Notes under the pieces: model-generated
The model's input: only the letters and a program-made list of their open reading frames with translations
Told to the model about the DNA's origin: nothing
The model's database searches: none
Made by a program: the position numbers and the translations under genes
Shown: positions 56,418-64,000 of the stretch, one piece after another
Numbering within the stretch: position 1 is the first letter of the stretch
Layout: every line of letters begins with the position of its first letter
Assembly (NCBI GenBank): GCA_046563655.1
Contig: CM102285.1
Location: forward strand, 5,828,001-5,892,000
DNA from: Yuukianura sp. NJ FZ-2021
Taxonomy: Eukaryota
DNA length: 64,000 bases
Direction of reading: 5' to 3'

Positions 56418-57145
56418 CCGTATTTTCCCTAATAGTACACCATACCTAAATAGTACACCAGGTCCCTAATAGTACACCAGGTCCAGGGCCCGAAAAATTA
56501 ATTAGTACACCGTCCCAAATAGTACACCAGGTCTCTAATAGTACACCGGGTCTTTGGTAATACACCCAAGGAGTATGCCCAGTGTTGCTGTATGCTTAAA
56601 CATCCAGTGGCTTAATCCATCCGGATATCCAATAGACTAAATGGGGTTGTAGTGGACGGTGAATGCAACAAATTAAAAATTCAGCGGAGTTCAAATAAAT
56701 TTATACGCCTACTGGAAAAGTTTAGCTATATTTAATTAAATTCAGTGTTGGTGGATGGATAAAATACTTCTTCCACTTCCCTCAAAAGTGCTGGATATAT
56801 CCGGATTTTCTTGGTTTCTTCCGGACGAAACTCAATTTCGTCCATCTGAAACTGGATTTCATCCGGATTTATCCATTTATCCAGTGGATATATCTTGGAC
56901 GAAATGCTCAAAAAGTGGATATCTACAAAATACACATCATTTACAGGCTTCTTTAAAATTTTTACAAGCAAAATTCGAATATTTCTTGCGTAATTTCAAT
57001 GAGAGGTTAGTAAAAAATAATAAGCTTTTTGGAAAAAAGAATTAATACACCGTCCCTAATAGTACACCAGGTCTCTAATAGTACACCACCCCCAGAAGTC
57101 GAAAACAAAATTAGTACACCAGGTGTATTATTTGGGAAAATACGG
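56418..57145. mobile_element. pogo/mariner-type MITE with nested hAT-MITE fragments
   Basis: TIR CCGTATTTTCCC with TA TSD; many AATAGTACACC subterminal repeats; internal CAGTGTTG(G/C)TG pieces related to 4980-5377. Confidence 0.85.
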
Positions 57146-58727
57146 TATTACACTATGTGTTACCAGCAATTGCATCGTCGGAACTTTGATTGAATGGAGC
57201 CAAAACAAAATCGCGGAAAGATGGCATCAAAAAAATGTGGACATTTGACTCTTCACGCGTATCGAATGATAACCTTCTCGGTATGGTTTCGAAGGCTCGT
57301 TTTTGAACATATTCAAAGTTAAGAGACACTGGCAGTGCGGTTACATTTAAACCAGAAAAGTTCAGTATATCCAATCCAGGAACTTCAGCAATAACTTCAT
57401 ATTTGCCAGTTGTTGCTCTCATACCACATGTCATGTAAATCACTCTAACAAGAATACGACTCATATACATGAAGTACCAATTTCGTACAATTGACCCAAG
57501 GTCAAGGCGCTTATCAGCAGAATGGGAAGTACACGAATCAGTTACTACTTGTAAATGGATATTTTGCATGAGGTATGCCATTGGCACGTCAAACTTCACA
57601 CGTCTAATGCTCGAAAGATTTTTTTCTTGCTTCATGTAAAAAGAAATCTTAATCCAATATAAATAGAGGTAACGAAAAATTTCAAGTTCTTCCTCAATGT
57701 TCTGCGGAAAAACAGAAGTGACGCCGATGCAGTTGACAGTTTTTGTTGTATACTGAGGATTATCTTGTGCACAAAATGAGGACGTGGTTATTTCAGTTAC
57801 ATTGTTTCTCCTATCCACAACGGCACAAGAACTGTTTTCAAAGCGTCTCGGTAGATATATTTTGCCGATTTGACTTAATGTTAGTGCATGTGAACTGTAG
57901 ATATGAGTGTAACTCGAGTACATGATCACATGGTTGTAGCAATTTGTCCAACTGCCACCCAAGTACAAATCCAGATTTATGTGTTCAATGAATGTAGACT
58001 TGTCGTTTTTTCCGTAGACCAAATTTAAAAATAAAATTATATATAAAATGATTTCGAGTTCCATTTTGCACTTAGAATGGGAAAATGTTCGTTCAGCACT
58101 TGAAAATAAAGTAGATTTTTTTTGGCGTCCAGAACACAACTAAGTATGAAATTTGAAATGCAACTGTCATGTCAAGTCAAAATGTTTCCTCGCTAGTGAA
58201 AACATTGCTACCAACTTTTTCGCGATGTTTGATCAATAAACTAAAAACCGAAGACATTGATCCTCTCGTGTGACATGCAATTTTTAACATCGTCACACCT
58301 ATAAGCCATGTAAATAATTTAGTATTATTTTTCTTTGCTAAATTTAGATAAACAAGTAAAGTAAGACAGACATTATTCAACTTTAGAGCGAAACTTTTAA
58401 ACAAAAACTTAATTTCTATGTCATTAAGTTTCATTCTAAGCGTCATTTTCAAAATTTTGTTATTTGTCTTTAAAAACGTGAAATTTGAAATTTAAAATAG
58501 ATTTTAGTACTCGAATAGCTGTGGCGACAAGTATTCCTGCACCAATTGCTGTGCTGATTTCGTTGTAGTTGTGAACTTTCTTGCTATAATAGGCTATAAT
58601 AATATTTATTATACAATAATTTTTATTAGTATGATGATCATTATAATTATTGCTTATTAATTATTAATTAGCATGACGTCGCTGCTTGCTGCTAATATAT
58701 TGAGGCAGTTGTGTTGACCTTGGCTTT

Positions 58728-60747
58728 AATAAAGTTTCACAAATTGTTTGTATGCGGAATCAATGCTGAACCGTAGTTCCTGTTTAAAATAGCTTCTTTT
58801 TTTTTATAGATATTTCAAACGTTGTCGGTGTTCAATTCTTTTTCGTTTCTTGAGTATTGATTTTTGATATTGAATTTGAATAAATAACCTACCTTGTAAA
58901 GATTTAGCAACCTTGGTAACGACTCCAATTAATTGGGAGACTTTTGATGATAATCGCTCATCTTTAGCGAGTTCCAGAAAATCCATTAAATTTGCGCGCG
59001 CAAGACGTTCCAATTCTGGACTGTCTTCAAGGGAAACGTTTTTCCTTGAAGAAGTATAAGAAGCATCAAATAATACTGAATTGCTTAATTTTTCTAATTG
59101 TAACCTTCTGTTACAGTTCAATTTTGAAAGTATTGAAATTCTGAAATTGTAAAGCCTCACCAAACAATGTATTCAATCGCATGCGACTTGAGAGCGACAA
59201 GTCTGTTGGTTACAGCGTGAGAGAGTGCCTCCGCTGCGTTTTCGGGGGTTAAATTTTTACATAAAATTGACTCTGCCTCCGATTTTAACTTGTCCAGGTT
59301 GAAGAAATCTGCAATTTGTATAAATTCTGGAGCCAATGCTGGAGTGACAACAGTGGTGTCATCGGAGTACAAGTACTTCAACATTCCTTTCACAATTTCT
59401 GGAGAGAAGTCATCAATTCTGATGCAGTTGGATGATGATTCTTTCATTGGCGCTTCTAACATGGCCTTAAACACCGGGCTTCGTCCTTAATAAATTGCAA
59501 TCAAATATTTAAAATAAATTAAAAACCAATTGGAAAGATCAAACTACAAGAATACCCAAGGTTCTTATAGCAACGAAATTGTTTTCCTTTAACAGGTTTA
59601 GCAAAAAGTCCTGTTTACAAAAAATCCCGCCCGAACAATTTTTTTCGGCCAATCCCATATGATTACATATAAATCATTGCTATAAGAAGGCACGGTGAAA
59701 CATGCTTTACTAATTTTTTAAGAAATTGAAAATGTTCTAGGTATTGGCTAACCTGTTGAAGAAAAACCTATTTTTTTGTTTACGAACCTTGAGAATACCG
59801 AAATACTCACCGGCTAGTATGGCTTTGTGAGCTGGAAATGATTCTGTTCCGGAGCAAATTGAAACGTCAGAAAAAATTGAATTTCGAAAAATTAGACTAA
59901 AATCGGTAATCAACGTAGACGGGACATTGCTGTCGTGTATTTTTGATCCTAGTCCGGATTGTTTTACTGGACTCCTTCCAAGGCGTAATTGAATTCTGAG
60001 GTTCCCATTGTACAGCAACAAATCCAAACACTCCTTCAGATCAAATGGGAATGCTATGGAAATGCTAGTCGAATAATGCAGACCAAACGTAGTCGGCGTT
60101 ACTACTCAGAATGTCAAAGCGTAAATTCCAAGTGAGTATATTAAAGTCTAAGGTCGTAACCCTGTACTACTATTTATCCGTACCTGGTTTCCATCCTTCG
60201 GGTTCAAAAATTTTTCCATGCTTATCCACAAAGTGCACCATGGGTGTAACATAAGCGGTAGCATTGCCTGCAACAAAAATCCGGTTTTAAAGTGTTTTAA
60301 TAAAGTTTGAAAACAGTTTAAAAAGTGCTCGTTCCAGTGAAATTCAAACTGTAGTTGATTCTTTGCTTTTATGACTCACCGTTACTATAATTGTGCACCA
60401 AAGTTAAGGTGTAAACGTTTAGATGAAGTTTCCTAAACAAGGTAGAAAAAAATTCTGTGATGTTTTGAACATTGGTTTAGAAAATCAACTCTCAGTCAAT
60501 CACCAGGAATTTTGTTCGTCATCAGTGAAATATGGCGATTCAAGTGCGAAGTTTTGGATGAATTTGAAACCGACACAGGTCCAAACATGAACAAAGTCTT
60601 TCTTCTCCACAACCTGCAATAAGAGTATCCATGAAGATTTTTTGGACGCGATACGCTATGAATTTAATTTTGAAGATAATGATTGGAGATATTTTGAAAT
60701 TAAGATTTTAGAATTCTGAATACCTCTGTCCAACTGGCAGTGTTCAT
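58728..60747 (-). pseudogene. MATH/BTB (SPOP-like) gene, probably defective
   Basis: BTB motifs FSDVSIC..FPAHKAILA-RSPVFKAML..MKES...I.DFS...ML.YLY..AD.F.L..LK...E; in-frame TGA at ~60500 in the N-terminal exon. Confidence 0.75.
59557..59791. mobile_element. CAAGGTT-family MITE in a BTB-gene intron
   Basis: TIR CAAGGTTC...GAACCTTG; perfect 8-bp TSD AGAATACC at 59549-59556 and 59792-59799. Confidence 0.88.
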
Positions 60748-61819
60748 TGTTGAAATTGAAGGTTTGAACCGAAAATCCAGATGAATTTCAATTTAGCTAA
60801 GGTAAGGTAGTACTTTCGTGTAGTAACTATTTCTTTGCTTTTTAACGTTAACTATAAACCCGGCAAGACAAAAAAAAGCTAAATTGTATCTTTATCTAAA
60901 TCCGTAGATGAAATATGTCGAAGATGTTGAAGAGTGTTGAGCGAGTTAGGTTATGTTAGGGTTCAAAAAATTGCTGCAAAAGGACTCAGGTGCAGAGGTT
61001 TTCTTTAAAATTTTGGGACAAACTGTTAGAAATCGGCCTTTTTTAAAAGTTATTTTTGAACATTTCTTGGTTGAAAAGCTTCACGACAGCCCTTTATTTT
61101 ATTTTTTGAACATGCCTTTGGACTGCATGAACTGATTTATCATTTTTGTTACAATCAAGTGCTGAGTTTAGGCAATTTTCATTTTGCTGTAAAATGAAGC
61201 AATAAATTTTTATTCAATAAAAGATGGGGGTTAATAAGTTTTATTTGCTTTGGAATGTCAAGGATCAAGCATTGAGTTGGAATAATTTTTTTAATTTTTG
61301 AAAAGTAATGAGTAGAAAAGCTGAACATTCGTCGCAAGAAAAAAGATTGGTTTCTAGTTCCGTTTTCAGGGTTCCTTGACAACCGAATTGTATTTTCTAC
61401 AACAGGTTGTCCAATAACTCGGCGTTTTCAAAAATCTTGCATCAAACAATTTTTTCCTCCGATTTTCTCCCCATTTTGTTTATAACTTTTTCCACGTTTC
61501 TTTTCAAACTATATCACATAGGAATAAGAAAAAAAAATGACAGTAAAAAATTGTCATAGAAATGAAGGTGAAGCTTTAACGGGTTTCATTTTTGAACATT
61601 TTGGCAAAAAATTAAAAAAACACAAGGCAATGGACAACATGATGCAGAAAAAGCTTTACTTTGTTTACAAACCTTGTTCTGTTTTCAAATTTTTAAACCA
61701 GTTTCATTTTCAAAAAAAAAACTCAGTTCTAAGTGTCGTTTCCGTATCCCCATGGAAACGGAACGGAACGGAACTTGAAAACCTCTTTCACCGTACGTCT
61801 ATACACCGTACGTTAGAAC

Positions 61820-62480
61820 TGGAATAGGCTCCTTGTCATGTTCTGTTCCATGTTTGACTGCATCCGAGGATTCCACATCAATGTTGACCGTGGCAAGCTC
61901 AGCTGGCGGTGTGCGCATTAGAAAAAGTAACTCCAATGTGTAGGGCCAAATCACCGTTACTCACGTTGCTATTGTGCTGTAGTTTAGTCCTTACAAAAGT
62001 TTTGATTGCAGTGTATTTAGGGATTAGAACGGACTCCACTATTGCAGAACAAAGTGCCAAAGGACAACTAGCAGGCAGTAGTAAGAGTACAAACAATATT
62101 CTGGATTCCAGGCTCAATTTGCTCGGCCCTCCAATTGGCGTACCGTCAGAAAAAGTACTTCCTATCCTAGCCTGGTTTCTCGTATCCATGTAAGAAGAAA
62201 TACTCACACGACTAATCATAACACCAGATTAAGGATTTGACGACATTATTTAGGTTGAGGATAGATGATTTGAGGTTTTAAGGATTGGGATACAATTGAG
62301 GATGAGGTTTTGAAGATTTGAGGACTAGAAATCGAGTGAGGATAGAGGAGAAGAGTACTTGAGGATCGGGAATCGATTGAGGATAGAGGATTTGAGGACG
62401 TCCTCTTTGAGGATGCCTGAGGGCAAACAAAAAAAATATGCAAATGGATACGAAAGAAATACACATCAAGAGAATACAAA
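61820..62480 (-). pseudogene. Remnant paralog of the IR-like gene
   Basis: SGVMISR...PSKLSLESRILFVLLLLPASC matches the 52196-53626 ORF. The TM1 remnant at 62420-62480 is joined to it through a TGAGGAT-rich insert, and the middle is deleted. Confidence 0.7.
62230..62418. repeat. Degenerate TGAGGAT repeat tract (probable TE remnant)
   Basis: About 10 TGAGGAT/TTGAGG units. Confidence 0.6.
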
Positions 62481-64000
62481 TCATAAAACTATTATGAAAT
62501 TACATTGTACTTTTTTTTTCAGCATGTCAAACTTTCCTCGTCAACAGACCAAAAACTATCTGAAAAAATCACCTAAATTCCGAGATATTTTGTGAAACTA
62601 TTATAAACAGGTATGGATTTTACCTTGATCCGGAGTCAAAAATGTCTTGGCGTTGATTTCTACATTAGAATTTGGTTTTATATTTGTTACGTTTTTGTCG
62701 GTAATACCTAAAAAGCTGAGGATTGTTTTCAAAAAATTTATTTTGAAGCTGAATTGAAATAACAAATATGAAACCACATCCACGAATAGATAATCGCCAT
62801 AAGATGCCAAAAATGGAAAATACGTCTCCACAGCCATCACAAGTTTATAGTTTTTATGTCTAATTTTCTGCCTATGTGTATTTTGTCTGAAGTTCACGAT
62901 AGGAATGGACTCTTGTCCAGCAGAAGATGCGTCTTATCCAAACTTTCAATCAAAACCTAAAAAAGGGAACGTTTTTATCAAACTATTGTGTTGTAACCGT
63001 TGGTGTTCCTTTTAATTTTTGATGTCAAGGCAACTTAACTATTAAGTTGTTTTATTATCATCGTATTTACAAATGCCATAATTATTATGCCAGATTATGA
63101 TTATGTTATGTCATTGAGGAAATTCCAATTTGGCTGAGTTTCTTAACATAGTCAAACTTTTCCCAGTTTTGACACGCCCTACCTCAATTAAAAGTTAGTA
63201 CAAACAAAAATGGACAAATCGTTACAAAAGTAGCAAAAATACGTTAGAACAGAACCAACATGAGCAGCACAATGCAAAGGCAAAAAAGGAGGTTGGTAAT
63301 ATCCTAGTTTTTAAACGAAGGTGATGAAACTTATGTTAGTGAATAAAGCTAAGTTGTGTAAAACTTATGCAAATTTGTAATTGGTAAATGGTTATTTTCG
63401 TATTACGGATAATAGGATTTTTAAACTAAAACGCAAATTTTTTTTTGAAACTTTTGGAGGTAATTATAGAGAACTCAAAGGTGCGGAAAATTTGAATTAG
63501 AATGTGTGTTCGTGTTACATCAAAGACAAATGTCAATTAATTGGGGCACTTTTGTTGCCATCCGCTCGTCTTTTAAAGCTTCAAAACTCTTTTCTACTTT
63601 TGAGAGCAAGTTCCCGCCAGTGCGGACTGTGGGCGAGAGGAACACGTCTTTGCTTTAAAAAATATTTTTTTTTTTTTGCGGGGTTTATTGACTTTAGCAT
63701 ATGCTCTATCAACAAGGGTTAGGGAATTTCTGGGTTGGGTTGAGGTCCTATGAGGTGGGGCGGTGGTACAGTCAGATAGTTGGCGAGAAGTACTGAGGGA
63801 AGGACGAAAGGCTTTCTGCTAGAGCTGAACGGGCTAGGGCCCTACCACATATCACAGCTCCAGGCAAGTGACAGGAACAGCATCGTACGCATACCGGCCC
63901 ACGACCCCCCTCCACAACAGCAACTACTGACCTCTTCACACGCACCCATAACCCCCCAAACTGACCTATCATCCGAACACCCCATCTGGGCTAGGAAAGT

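Larger units (their letters stand above)
52196..58064 (-). pseudogene. Divergent ionotropic-receptor-like gene split by three insertions
   Basis: N-terminal part 58064-57153 (signal peptide). C-terminal ORF 53626-52196 has LTC...YTRPFTKGTW (TM1), LTNGYKGIVTTSL (TM2) and LAGSGI plus TM3. In-frame stops occur in the intervening pieces. Confidence 0.65.

Noticed and set aside
56430..56550. Short repeats with variable spacers (AATAGTACACC) resembling a CRISPR array
   Set aside because: Repeats and spacers are too short, they lie just inside MITE TIRs, the context is eukaryotic and there are no cas genes
63780..64000. GC-rich open frame running off the window end
   Set aside because: Too short and without recognisable motifs; may be the start of a retroelement but cannot be supported

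Overview
AT-rich, intron-containing eukaryotic DNA. It is probably arthropod and resembles springtail-type genomes, but that is inference and no search was run. The window is dense in transposons and rearrangements. Host genes: the 3' half of a Sec8/EXOC4-like gene, a GH1 beta-glucosidase pseudogene, three defective copies of a small SET-domain gene, a gene with an array of alternative BED-zinc-finger last exons, 7TM chemoreceptor-like and ionotropic-receptor-like (pseudo)genes, an apparently intact carboxylesterase and a MATH/BTB-like gene. Mobile DNA: a full-length BEL/Pao element (7007-13497), a full-length Ty1/copia element (23991-31224), a truncated Ty3/gypsy element, a Tc4/Tc5-type transposon, a deleted pogo element, many MITEs with TSDs, and a 2.55-kb palindrome carrying a laminin-G exon fragment. 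The most striking item is the young copia element. Its single 2112-aa ORF continues past RNase H into an apparently complete class-I viral fusion (Env/F-like) protein and also carries a second Gag-derived domain between integrase and RT, making it a candidate copia-type endogenous retrovirus in an animal. Also notable are the mod(mdg4)/lola-like BED exon array and an intron-nested, intronless DUF1917 + PC4-like gene.
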